This document shows positions 1 through 9,896 of a stretch of DNA of 64,000 nucleotides, one piece after another (position 1 is the stretch's first letter; each line of letters starts with the position of its first letter). The position numbers were made by a program, and so were the translations under genes. Source of the stretch: Nitrospira sp. UBA6493. GTDB taxonomy: Bacteria; Nitrospirota; Nitrospiria; Nitrospirales; Nitrospiraceae. The DNA is taken from the NCBI GenBank assembly GCA_002435325.1, contig DJMJ01000024.1, forward strand, positions 108,338-172,337, given 5' to 3'. Below the pieces are notes generated by a model. It saw only the letters and a list, made by a program, of their open reading frames with translations. It was not told the origin of the DNA and did not search any database.

Positions 1-331
1 GGGCATCGGCCTGCGCGAGGCGCCAAGGCAGCGCCCGCACAAACCCGTGGATCGCATTGGGCCCTTCCTTGTCATTCCGGTCGAGCTGCAAGACCTGTCC
101 GTCAAACGAGTAGCGGCCCTCCGCAATACGTCCTGGGAAAGGAATGAGCACGTCCCCCTGGCCACCCTTCTTATTGCCGCCCCCCGAATAGCCCCAGACG
201 ATATCGGTTTCAACACCGCGAGATTCGACGACAAAATACCGCCGTAAGGACGCCCCCCAGGGCGACACCACCGCGCGCTGCTGGTCGAATGACAGGCGGA
301 TTTCAGTGTCCGGTGTAACATCGCTCATCAT
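1..331 (-). CDS. Aldose 1-epimerase (GalM-like) family protein, partial (runs off the window)
   Basis: Not in the ORF track. Manual translation from ATG at 331/328 (GAGGT RBS): MMSDVTPDTEIRLSFDQQRAVVSPWGASL...GDVLIPFPGRIAEGRYSFDG...NDKEGPNAIHGFVRALPW, matching the mutarotase P-x-x-x-RI and HG motifs. Confidence 0.8.
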   Translation of the reverse strand, partial: MMSDVTPDTEIRLSFDQQRAVVSPWGASLRRYFVVESRGVETDIVWGYSGGGNKKGGQGDVLIPFPGRIAEGRYSFDGQVLQLDRNDKEGPNAIHGFVRALPWRLAQADA

Positions 332-463
332 GCCACCTCGGTCTTTCCTCGATATTCCGTGACGTATTTATGACGCAACTACCACGCCTCAATACCAACA
401 GAACGCTGGCTGATGAGAACGCATTCCATAGATATTTTTTAGAGGGGAGGACCGACACCATCT

Positions 464-742
464 CTACATGGGGATGTCTCTGGTTCCATCGTAGGCGTTG
501 TTCGACTGGAATGACACCTTAACCGTATCGCCATTCTTGACGACCGTATCTTCCGTGCCGACTTTCTTATTCACCGTGATCAGCGCCTCGCGGCTGGCGA
601 TAAACCGGAGCAGCGGGCCGAGTTGATCGGCATTGGCTTCGATCAATTTCCTCACCGTCGTAACCTCGCTCGTCTCAATGGAGAACTCATTCTCCCCCAC
701 TGCCTCTTGGAGGGTCCTGCCGAATACCAGTACAGTCACCAT
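464..742 (-). CDS. MoaD/ThiS-like beta-grasp protein lacking the C-terminal GG
   Basis: MVTVLVFGRTLQEAVG...LITVNKK...DTVVKNGDTVKV fits the MoaD pattern; the protein ends DGTRDIPM. Start is 742 or 751. Confidence 0.7.
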   Translation of the reverse strand: MVTVLVFGRTLQEAVGENEFSIETSEVTTVRKLIEANADQLGPLLRFIASREALITVNKKVGTEDTVVKNGDTVKVSFQSNNAYDGTRDIPM

Positions 743-797
743 ATCAATCATCGTTCCTTCCTACTGACGCGCGGCGAACGGACAACGTCGCTCTTCC

Positions 798-1031
798 TCA
801 GCGCGCATGACAACGGAAACAATCCTGGCGTTTAGGGTGCCGGTCCGGGAGCGGCTTGGCGGCACCGGCCTGGTGGCACGTCACACAATCCTTTTCAACC
901 ACAATGGCCTGATGCTCCGCATTCTTAGGAATGACGGGGTTGCGATCCTTCGGCGTCGGCAACAACGACACCCCTACCACCACGGCCACGGCAAACAGCA
1001 CGAACAGCCAATCGACTTTTCTCAGCTTCAT
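798..1031 (-). CDS. Small membrane-anchored diheme c-type cytochrome
   Basis: N-terminal hydrophobic helix and two CxxCH motifs (CVTCH, CFRCH); ATGA overlap with the upstream oxidoreductase. Confidence 0.8.
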   Translation of the reverse strand: MKLRKVDWLFVLFAVAVVVGVSLLPTPKDRNPVIPKNAEHQAIVVEKDCVTCHQAGAAKPLPDRHPKRQDCFRCHAR

Positions 1032-3871
1032 CTCGGGGTCGCTTTCTGATCATCGGCCGCTTCGTAGGATTCTTGGAGAAGCTGCGCCACATGCTTCACG
1101 TCGGCCTTGCCCTTCAATCCGTGCTTCAATTGAATCATACAGGCCGGGCAGCTCGTCGCCACGACGTCAGCCCCCGCCTGATTAATCGCCCGCGCTTTCC
1201 GCTCGAAGATCTTCTGCGAGGTGTCGTAATCCTTCACCAGGAACGTCCCAGCCCCGCCGGCGCAGCGGTCAGCATCGGGCATCTCCACATACTGCACCCC
1301 AGGCAAGCCCGACAGAATCTTGCGCGGCTCTTTTGTCACGCCCGCAGCACGCAAATGACAGGAAGAGTGATAGGTCACACGCGTCGTCCCGCTCGCCGCC
1401 GCAGCCATCGCGGGATGCGCGGAGGACCGGCTGACAAATTCTGCGATATGCACCACTTTCTTCGCCAACCCCTCCGCCTGCCGTCGCTCCTCGCCCTCGT
1501 CAAAAAGGGCCGGATAGTCCTTCAACATGAGCGTACAGGAGGCACAGCCTGTCACAACGGTATCGTACGAAGCAAACGAGGCAAGGTTGAAGCGCGCGCC
1601 TTCTCGAGCCAAATCTTGATGCCCGTAGGTTTGCACCGGCGTCCCCGAGCAGCGCTGCGGCGGGAGCGCCGGCTCGACGCCGTGCTTACGTAAGACCGCA
1701 ATCACCGCGTCGCCCACCCCGTCGTCAAAATAGTTCGCAGCGCAGCCATGAAAGTAGGCAACGCCTCCCGCAGCCGGTATTGCTCCATCGCGTGGAACCA
1801 GATCGGCATGCCGGTCACGCAGATGACGCACAGCCAGTCGGGGCAGCAGAAGGTCGTGCGGCAATTTCGCCGTCGGCGCGAGCAACTTCATCACAGGAGT
1901 CGAAACCCATTCCAGAATCTGCCGGACCAGTGGCCGATCCCAAAGCGGCTGAGTTTTCCCCAACAGCCGCAGCAAGGCCCCGAAGGGCTCCCCGCTCGCC
2001 TGCCACCGGAATATCCACCCGGCCAGCCGGTTGGGATGCTCAGCGCGTTTCTTCAAGATAAGATCAGAGACATCGACGCCAGCCGGACAGGCCGTGCGGC
2101 AGGACTTGCAGTTCAGACAGGATTCCACCACCCGCTTTGAGTTGAGATAGCTGTAATCCTTCGACGTCACGATCTCAAACCAGCCCCGTGAGCTCATATC
2201 CTCCGATTGGAACACATCGTAGACCGGACAGACGGCATTGCACTTGGCGCAAGTCGCGCAGGACTTGGACAACCTGGTGTAGTCAATATGTTCGGTGAAC
2301 GAGGCCTCGCTGATTTTGATGCCGGGATTGAGCACACCGGCAGGATCGAAGCTCTGTTTGACCTGGACAAACAGATTATAGAGATCCTCACCAAACATCT
2401 TCCTGACATACTCGGCGCGAATCCGTCCGTCGCCATGTTCGCCGCAGATCGATCCGCCAAAGCGATTCAAGACGGCACTATGAATCTCATAATACCCATG
2501 AACAATCTTATCGAAGTCATCGGAATCGTTCACGTCTAGAAGCGGGACTATGTGCGCATTCCCATTGCCGATATGCCCGAAAATCGCCACCGGCACCTGT
2601 TGCCCCACGAAGAACTCCTCCAGATAGCGGATCAATTCGCTGATCCGATCCGCCGGCACCACCACATCATCCACGAAATTGATCGGCTTCTTACGCGGAT
2701 CGAACCGATAGAGTGTCGGATACAAGGCCTTGCGCGCCTTCCACAATTGTTCACGCTGCTCCTGATCGAATGCCAGCGTCAGGTCAGCGGCCAAGCGGAA
2801 GGGCCGGCAGACCGCCGCCATGCGATCCGCCTGTTCCCGGAGATCAACATCCAAGGAATTGGCATCCAATTCGGCCAGCAAGGTCGCGGCCGCATCGGCG
2901 GGAATGCCGTGCTTCGCCCGCCCGATCAGATCCAGCGTATTGGCATCCATAACCTCCAGCGCGCTCGGCTCCAGTGCGAGCAGCGCCGGTACCGCCGCCC
3001 CCACATCCTCCAGATGCCGGAAATGAATGAGCGCCGTCAGCGTGGCCTTCGGCTTCTCAACCAGACGAAGGGTGGCTTCACTCACGACGCCGAGCGTACC
3101 CTCGCTGCCGACGAACAGCTTGGGCAGATCGAACTCCCCCCTTGCCAGCCCATCGACTAGCCCAAACAAATTATAGCCGCAGCTATTCTTGCTGACCGTC
3201 GGGCGCTTGGCTGAAATTGCACCAGCCTGCCCTTGCACAAGGCTCAAGACCGTCCGCAATGCCGGGGTGGAGGCAAGCAGCCCCGTCAACACAGGATCAT
3301 TCAAAGCATAGGCCTTCGCCTCAAGCCACGTACTGGATTCGAGACAGACCCGTAGACGGGAAACATTGTCCTTCACCGCCCCATACCGCAGCGTATGCGG
3401 CCCGGCTGAATTATTGGCCAACATGCCGCCCAGCTTGCACATGTCGCCGCTGGAGGGATCGGGCCCAAAAAGCAGCCCCTGCCGCGCGATCTGTTTATTC
3501 AACTCCGCCAGGACGATTCCCGGCTGCACCCTGGCCCAACGCTCGTCCTGATTCACTTCGAGGAGGCGATTCATCCGGGACACATCGAGAATGATTCCGC
3601 TTCCGACCGCCGATCCGGTGAGATTCGTGCCCGCCGCCCGCGGCGTGAGGGGAATGCCGCGTGGCACGGCATAGGCCACCGTCGCGGCAATATCGTCCTC
3701 CGACTCTGCCAGCACCACCGCCTTGGGCTCCATGCGATAAATGCTGGCATCCACGGCATAGGCCGTTTTGGTCGGGAAATCGTCTTTGACCTTGTCGGCT
3801 CCCAGCGCCGCACGCAGATCGGCGGCAATGGCGTGGGAGCGGTCTGGGAGAATGAGAGTTGGTGCGCTCAT
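1028..3871 (-). CDS. FAD-linked/Fe-S 2-hydroxyacid (D-lactate/glycolate) dehydrogenase, GlcD-GlcF-type fusion
   Basis: PRAAGTNLTG FAD loop, GSEGTLG, GHIGNGNAH, GEHGDG; two 4Fe-4S motifs (CATCAKCNAVCP, CLNCKSCRTACP); two CCG-like domains. Confidence 0.9.
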   Translation of the reverse strand: MSAPTLILPDRSHAIAADLRAALGADKVKDDFPTKTAYAVDASIYRMEPKAVVLAESEDDIAATVAYAVPRGIPLTPRAAGTNLTGSAVGSGIILDVSRMNRLLEVNQDERWARVQPGIVLAELNKQIARQGLLFGPDPSSGDMCKLGGMLANNSAGPHTLRYGAVKDNVSRLRVCLESSTWLEAKAYALNDPVLTGLLASTPALRTVLSLVQGQAGAISAKRPTVSKNSCGYNLFGLVDGLARGEFDLPKLFVGSEGTLGVVSEATLRLVEKPKATLTALIHFRHLEDVGAAVPALLALEPSALEVMDANTLDLIGRAKHGIPADAAATLLAELDANSLDVDLREQADRMAAVCRPFRLAADLTLAFDQEQREQLWKARKALYPTLYRFDPRKKPINFVDDVVVPADRISELIRYLEEFFVGQQVPVAIFGHIGNGNAHIVPLLDVNDSDDFDKIVHGYYEIHSAVLNRFGGSICGEHGDGRIRAEYVRKMFGEDLYNLFVQVKQSFDPAGVLNPGIKISEASFTEHIDYTRLSKSCATCAKCNAVCPVYDVFQSEDMSSRGWFEIVTSKDYSYLNSKRVVESCLNCKSCRTACPAGVDVSDLILKKRAEHPNRLAGWIFRWQASGEPFGALLRLLGKTQPLWDRPLVRQILEWVSTPVMKLLAPTAKLPHDLLLPRLAVRHLRDRHADLVPRDGAIPAAGGVAYFHGCAANYFDDGVGDAVIAVLRKHGVEPALPPQRCSGTPVQTYGHQDLAREGARFNLASFASYDTVVTGCASCTLMLKDYPALFDEGEERRQAEGLAKKVVHIAEFVSRSSAHPAMAAAASGTTRVTYHSSCHLRAAGVTKEPRKILSGLPGVQYVEMPDADRCAGGAGTFLVKDYDTSQKIFERKARAINQAGADVVATSCPACMIQLKHGLKGKADVKHVAQLLQESYEAADDQKATPR

Positions 3872-3977
3872 GAAAGCTCGTGGCGCATTCTAGACGGTCC
3901 CAGCGAGAAAGAACAAGCCGGCGGTTGTTGCTGGAACCACGATTCCCCTACAATGCGGCCTCGCTCACGAGGACACG

Positions 3978-4940
3978 ATGCCGCTTTCCTCAATCTATAT
4001 CACTCGCCTGCTCCCTGCTCCCATCATGGAGGCAATCCGTACTTGCTATGTGCTGGTCTCGGAACCGCGCGAGGGTGACATTCCCACCACCGAGGCCATG
4101 CGACGCGGGTTTGCTGATGCCCATGCGGTCATCTGCACGCTGGCGGACCCAATCACCGATGAGCTCCTCGCCGCAGCGTCTCGCCTAAAAATCGTAGCGA
4201 ACTACGCCGTGGGGTATAACAATATCGACGTGGCCGCCGCCACGAGACGAGGCATCGTGGTGACAAACACACCGGAGGTGCTGACCGATGCAACCGCCGA
4301 TCTGACCTGGGCCTTGATGCTCGCCGTGGCCAGGCGCGTGGTCGAAGGTGATCGCTGGACCCGCTCCGGAACCTGGCCTGGCTGGGCCCCGACTCAGATG
4401 CTGGGTACCGATATCTCCGGAAAGACCTTGGGCATCATCGGGATGGGGCGCATCGGCCAGGCCGTCGCACGGCGGGCGGCGGGATTCGACATGCCGGTGC
4501 TCTATGCGAGCAGACACAGGCTGCCTCACCGCGCGCTCTATACCGGATGGAAACGAGCTTCGATTCGGCAGGTCATCGAACGGTCAGACTTCTTGTCGCT
4601 GCACGTACCCCTTACTGAATTAACCCGCCATCTGATCGGCGCCAAGGAGCTGGCCCTGATGAAACCCGGAGCCATCCTCATCAACACGGCGCGCGGCCCG
4701 GTCGTGGACGAAGCGGCGCTGCTGGTGACGCTGCAACAAGGCACCTTCGCCGGTGCCGGACTGGATGTCTATGAGCGAGAACCGAGGATACAGGCTGGAC
4801 TAGAACAACTGCCAAACGTGGTACTGTTGCCCCATTTAGGTTCTGCGACGCAACACACCCGGATCAAGATGGGGCTGATCTGCCTGGAGAATATTGCTGC
4901 GGTGCTGGGTGGACTCGCTCCGCTCAATCCGGTGAGCTAA
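3978..4940 (+). CDS. D-glycerate dehydrogenase / glyoxylate reductase (D-2-hydroxyacid dehydrogenase family)
   Basis: AVGYNNID, GIIGMGRIG, INTARG, GLDVYERE, LPHLGSAT. Confidence 0.92.
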   Translation: MPLSSIYITRLLPAPIMEAIRTCYVLVSEPREGDIPTTEAMRRGFADAHAVICTLADPITDELLAAASRLKIVANYAVGYNNIDVAAATRRGIVVTNTPEVLTDATADLTWALMLAVARRVVEGDRWTRSGTWPGWAPTQMLGTDISGKTLGIIGMGRIGQAVARRAAGFDMPVLYASRHRLPHRALYTGWKRASIRQVIERSDFLSLHVPLTELTRHLIGAKELALMKPGAILINTARGPVVDEAALLVTLQQGTFAGAGLDVYEREPRIQAGLEQLPNVVLLPHLGSATQHTRIKMGLICLENIAAVLGGLAPLNPVS

Positions 4941-6968
4941 CTCGCGAAGCGAAATTCGGTAGGCGTAGGATGGTACTTGCCTCGAAGCGATTCCAGCCGT
5001 TTCGGCACATCGTGGAATGACGGAATAGTCTCATAGGTCTGCGCGGCTTTTTCCCACCAAGGATTCCATTTCGTAGAGCATTCCGAGTTCATACCGAATC
5101 GCTTGCCCTTTCGCCCCCTGACAACGCGGGTCCGACAACACCGTTTCAAGACCCCGAATCGCCTGGCGATACTGATGCTGCTCTTTCATACAGACAGCGG
5201 TCATGAGGCAGGAATCGAGGTAGTAGGAGTCCGACGCCTTGGCGACATGAAATTCGTCCAGCGCATCGTCGTACAACCCCATGTTCCTATAAGCGACCCC
5301 AAGCGTGTAGTGCGCTTCATAATCCGGCGGGTTCTGGGGCTGCGCGGAGGGCTGATCCGGCACAGCCGCAATGACCGGCGGTTCCGCAGCCGGAATCGCT
5401 GGCAGCTCCTCGACAAGTGATATCTCCGTCGCCCCATTGTTGACCAGAGCCGGCGATTCACATTCGATAGAATCAGAAGGCGGCGCCAGCTCTTCGACTG
5501 GTGACACCGACGCTGTGCTGGAATCCTCAACCACCTGCGTCGTCTCGAACACAACATCATTAACCGCAGCCGGCGATTCACACTCAACGGCATCAGGAGG
5601 CGGCGCCAGATGATCGAACGATGGCGCCTCGACCCCTCGCGCATCAACGACCGCATCAGGAGCGGCTCCCGCGAGGGAAAAGGCGGACTCGTCGGAAGCT
5701 GCCTCTGATACGGACCCCCTTGAGCAAGACTCCGGTTCAGCCTCGACTGCGGCTATCTCATTCAGCTGACCAGCGGATTCAGCCTCAGTCACGCCCCGCA
5801 TCTTCACCGACAATCGGGCTACCAGGTCTGATCCTGGTGCAAGAGCTGTGACCTTTTCAAACAATTCCTCGTGCAAACTCTCCATCCCCGGCTCGGGATG
5901 GGCCAGGAGCAATTCGATGGCCTTGGAATATTGCTCCGCCGCTGCCGCCGCCTCTCCTTTTTCTTCAAACAGCTCCGCATACAACTCCAGCAATGGCACC
6001 GAATTGGGTTCAGCCGCGAGAAACTCCGCAATCAACGCTTCGGCCAGCGGATACTCCTGCGCGCGCAAGGCGGCCCCAGCCAGAAACCGATACTCACCCA
6101 GTGCGACCTGTATATCGCCGCGCAGCAAGTGCAGCCGGGCGAGCAACTGACAGACTTGAGGATTCCCCGGCTCCCGGGTAAGCAACTGATTCAAAATCGC
6201 CTCGGCCCCCGCATATTGCTGTTCATCCATCCGGCGGGCCGCTTCAGCCAGAAGATCCAACGACTCCGTGGCTTTTTCCGCCAAGGTCACAGGCCGTCCA
6301 GAAGACTCCCCATGCACCGATGGCGCTCCCCCCTTGGCTGCGCCTTCTACAAATTGCGCGGCTTCGCTATTCTTCGGATCGATCCGCAACACAGCCAAAT
6401 AGGCATCCTTCGCCTCATCATACCGTCCTTGCGCCGATCGCTCACGGCCCAGCTGGAGATAGACCTTGGTGGCTTCATCCTGGAGGTTTTCCTGGAGACA
6501 GAGTTCGGCCACACGCTGTTGCGCATCCAGATTGGAGGGATCCTGGAGCACGATTTTCTTATAGATTTCCAGTGCTTCCTTGCCCTTCTGCTCCTTAAGA
6601 TAATGCTTTCCCAAGGTCAGATAGTCTTGGACCGCGCTGCTGAGCAATCCGCGCTCGGCATTCAGATCGCCAAGATGACGATAGACTTCATAGCGGGTAG
6701 GATCGACTTTGAGAATCTTTTTGTAGGTGGCAATCGCTTTTAAGGTGGCGCCTTCGGCCCGGAATGCCGCTGCCGCTTGGAGAAAGGCCGTCACGGCTTT
6801 ACCCACGCCGTTTCGCTTGAGGTAGAGATCGCCGATGGAGTTGTGCACGCTCCCGTCGTTTGGCACCTCATGTGCCAGTTTTTTCCATTCGGCAATGGCC
6901 GCATCGAACTGGCCGCGGGCGGCCAGCGACTGGGCGCTGTGCAATACCTTGCTACGGTCGAGAGCCAA
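4937..6968 (-). pseudogene. Large TPR protein (SgmX-like layout) with a 1-nt frameshift near the C-terminus
   Basis: TTG start at 6968 after AAGGAG; N-terminal TPR array, acidic linker, C-terminal TPRs (AHYTLGVAYRNMGLYDDA). As given it stops at 5031; removing one base at ~5057 joins YEMESL to WEKAAQTYETIPSFHDVPKRLESL, ending at 4937. Confidence 0.7.
5405..5612 (-). repeat. Imperfect intragenic duplication, ~120-bp period
   Basis: gccggcgattcaca at 5449 and 5569; peptides LAPPPDAVECESPAAVND and LAPPSDSIECESPALVNN. Confidence 0.8.
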
Positions 6969-7035
6969 TGACCACTCCTTAGAAAAGAATACGCAAACGC
7001 TAACAGTCTCCCTCTCATTTGTAAACGAAAATGGG

Positions 7036-7078
7036 AAAAACAAAGGGGCCTGCCTCCCCGAAGGAAGGACAGGCCCCG
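7036..7078 (-). terminator. Intrinsic terminator of the cold-shock gene
   Basis: GGGGCCTG...CAGGCCCC stem followed by TTTGTTTTT on the minus strand. Confidence 0.75.
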
Positions 7079-7109
7079 ATAGAACTGACGGATCTCCCTG
7101 GCGTCGCGC

Positions 7110-7328
7110 TTAGGATGCGGCGATCGCCGCCTTTAGCACATTGGCGGCTTGCGGTCCCTTGGCCCCCTGCACGATATCAAACTCGACATTCTCGCCTTCC
7201 TTCAGGGTCTTAAATCCATCGCCTTGCAACGCCGAATAATGGACAAACACATCGTCCCCGCTATCGAGGCGGATAAATCCAAACCCCTTCCGGTCGTTGA
7301 ACCACTTCACCGTTCCTTTTGTCTTCAC
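7110..7328 (-). CDS. csp: Cold-shock protein (CspA family)
   Basis: [34 protein letters not shown]; GTG start at 7328 after a G-rich RBS. Confidence 0.95.
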   Translation of the reverse strand: MKTKGTVKWFNDRKGFGFIRLDSGDDVFVHYSALQGDGFKTLKEGENVEFDIVQGAKGPQAANVLKAAIAAS

Positions 7329-7627
7329 AATACCCCCCTTCCTCAATGACCGCGCATAGCTGCGCAGCCGGCCAGATAAGCCATAGATGGATTTGAAACC
7401 CTGCAATGAAAAGAAATGGCGATCCGAGGAGAAGACTGAACGGGACCCTGCAGGAGAAAATACATCACTCGCGGAACCCACGTGTAAATGAAAAACCGAG
7501 CTGGAAGTACCATAGCGCCAAATTCTTGTCAAGCGATTCCTCCCCTGGAGAAGATTTTTCCGGCGGTTTACTTGGCGAGGCGACTCCCCTATAGTGACGG
7601 AACAGTTCCCTTTGACAGATTACACCT

Positions 7628-8719
7628 GTGATTCTACGAACCCTGCTCGACCGGTATATTTTTACCGAACTGCTCTCCCCGTTTGGACTGAGCCTCGGAG
7701 CCCTCTGCTTCGTCATGCTCACCAGAGAACTGCTCCGACTTGTCGAACTCCTGGTTTCCAAAGGGGTTGGTCTCTGGGCGGTGCTCAAAGTCTTCGCCAC
7801 GTTGCTACCCTCCTTCCTGGTGCTGACATTGCCCATCGCCGGCATCATTGCCTCGATTACGGCCTTTGGACGCCTCTCCTTCGATAAGGAACTAGTCGCC
7901 ATGCGCGCCGCGGGGCTGAGCCTCTTCCGCCTGACCCAGCCGGTCCTCCTATTCGCCATCTCCGTATTTGGCTTGACGCTGATTCTGTCCCAATGGGGAC
8001 AACCCTGGAGCTCTCTCAATCTGAAGAAAGTGGCGCTAAACCTCTTGCGCGACCAACTTGTCCTGGCGCTCGAACGGGGCGCGTTCAACGAACCGATTCC
8101 GAACATCGTGATCTATATCCCCGATACCCCATCGGGACAGCCCGCTCCGGGCATTTTCATCTCGGACGAGCGGGTGCGTGAGGAACCGCGCATCATTGTC
8201 GCCGAAAGCTACCAAGTCTTAATGGACGCCGAGCATGACCAAGTCGCCCTCCAGCTGGTCAATGGCGTGATCCATAGCCGCCCGGATGTCGTGGATCAGT
8301 ACCAGCAAGTCTCGTTTACGAACTACGATTTGAAGATGAACCTCAGTCAAAGCGGCTATGCCGCGACCGAAGAGCGCCCCACCTACGCCAGCATCCTCGC
8401 GACGCTGAACGCCACCCAATGGAAAGACCAGCAGGCCTTGCGACGCCTGATGGAGCACTATAAAGATCTCGCCTTTCCAACCGCGTCGCTGGTCTTCTGC
8501 CTGATGGGCGTGCCCGTCGGCATCGTCTCCAAACGCTCGGGCCGCATGGGAGGATTTGCCGTCGGCGTCCTGATTGTCGTCGCCTATTATATTTTGAACA
8601 TCGCCTGCGAATTCCTCGTGACGACGCTCTGGATCTCCCCGTTTGCCGGCGCCTGGCTGCCGAACGGGCTCTTCACGCTCCTGACAATCTGGCTCTTTTG
8701 GAATATGAGCCGCGAATAG
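7628..8719 (+). CDS. lptF: LPS export ABC permease LptF
   Basis: LDRYIF start, RLSFDKELVAMRAAGLS, 3+3 TM layout, tandem with an lptG-like gene. Confidence 0.88.
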   Translation: MILRTLLDRYIFTELLSPFGLSLGALCFVMLTRELLRLVELLVSKGVGLWAVLKVFATLLPSFLVLTLPIAGIIASITAFGRLSFDKELVAMRAAGLSLFRLTQPVLLFAISVFGLTLILSQWGQPWSSLNLKKVALNLLRDQLVLALERGAFNEPIPNIVIYIPDTPSGQPAPGIFISDERVREEPRIIVAESYQVLMDAEHDQVALQLVNGVIHSRPDVVDQYQQVSFTNYDLKMNLSQSGYAATEERPTYASILATLNATQWKDQQALRRLMEHYKDLAFPTASLVFCLMGVPVGIVSKRSGRMGGFAVGVLIVVAYYILNIACEFLVTTLWISPFAGAWLPNGLFTLLTIWLFWNMSRE

Positions 8720-8724
8720 CCGCT

Positions 8725-9816
8725 ATGACCATTCTCTTCCGCTACATCCTCCGCGAATACGCCAAGATTTTCCTCATGTGCTTTTCCGGCCTGATGACCA
8801 TCTACCTCGTCATCGATTTCTTCGAAAAAGTCCGCCGATTCCTTCGCTACGACGCCAACATGCTCGATGTCTTGACCTACTTCGCGCTCAAAACGCCGGC
8901 CATCTCCTTCCAAATCACACCGCTGGCCATTCTCATGGCCACGCTTCTGACGCTGGGCCTATTTTCCCGCAATAATGAAATTACCGCCATGCGCAGTTGC
9001 GGCATCAGCCTGCCTTGGATCGCTTCTCCGTTCCTGATCTTTGCCACCCTCATCTCGCTCATCCTGCTGAGCTTCAGCTCGACCGTCATCCCGCTGGCCT
9101 CCGAGCAAGCAGAACAGATTCGCCTGGTCAAAATTGAGAAAAAGCCCACACCCTCGACGGTCAAGCCGGCACGCCCCTGGGCGAGAACCGACGCCAACAC
9201 CTTGATGCATGTCTCCGAGATCGAAATCGGCGGAACCATTCTCCACAACGTGCATCTATATCACTTGCAGAATGGGTTCCGGCTGGACCGGATGACGGAA
9301 GCTGCCGCGGCGCAGTACACCCCGGACGGGTGGCTCCTTACGCAGGGCAATCAACGCCGCTTCAATCCGAACGGCACAGTGGCGCTGGTCGAGTTCGCCC
9401 AACAGCCCATCGACCTCTCCCTGATCCCCGACGACTTTACGACCTGGCTGTCGGGAGATTCCGATACGATGACGGCCCGGGAAATCCGGCAATACCTGGC
9501 CCGCTTCAAAGACGAGGGGTTCTCCTTCGCCCGTCTCCGCACGGACTATTACGGACGTCTGGCATTTCCCTTCGTCGCTATCATCATGGTGATCGTCGGA
9601 ATCGCCTTGAGCCTGCGCCGGAGCGGCGTGCGCGGAGGCAGCATGGCCATGGGCATCGGCCAGGCCTTCGTGGTCGGCTTCTGCTATTGGACGACCCATT
9701 CCATCGCCATCGCCTTGGGCCGAGGCGGCGCCCTGGATCCGATGCTCGCCGGATGGATGGCCAACCTCCTGTTCGCCAGCTTCGGCCTCTATCTCTTGCT
9801 CAAAGTTCGCTACTAA
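8725..9816 (+). CDS. lptG: LPS export ABC permease LptG
   Basis: MTILFRYILREY, SRNNEITAMRSCGIS, C-terminal LAGWMANLLF. Confidence 0.88.
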   Translation: MTILFRYILREYAKIFLMCFSGLMTIYLVIDFFEKVRRFLRYDANMLDVLTYFALKTPAISFQITPLAILMATLLTLGLFSRNNEITAMRSCGISLPWIASPFLIFATLISLILLSFSSTVIPLASEQAEQIRLVKIEKKPTPSTVKPARPWARTDANTLMHVSEIEIGGTILHNVHLYHLQNGFRLDRMTEAAAAQYTPDGWLLTQGNQRRFNPNGTVALVEFAQQPIDLSLIPDDFTTWLSGDSDTMTAREIRQYLARFKDEGFSFARLRTDYYGRLAFPFVAIIMVIVGIALSLRRSGVRGGSMAMGIGQAFVVGFCYWTTHSIAIALGRGGALDPMLAGWMANLLFASFGLYLLLKVRY

Positions 9817-9896
9817 ACGCGGGGGAATCGGTTGACTGCGTGGAGACCTTCCGGTAAGTAAAGACTGTTCGCTATGTCTCACAAGGAGCTTATCGC

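Noticed and set aside
7329-7532. N-terminal extensions on csp (also on gcvH, rpmB, cheW, cobQ, cobU, pduO)
   Set aside because: Longest-ORF artefacts; downstream starts with an RBS or stop/start overlap match the family N-termini.
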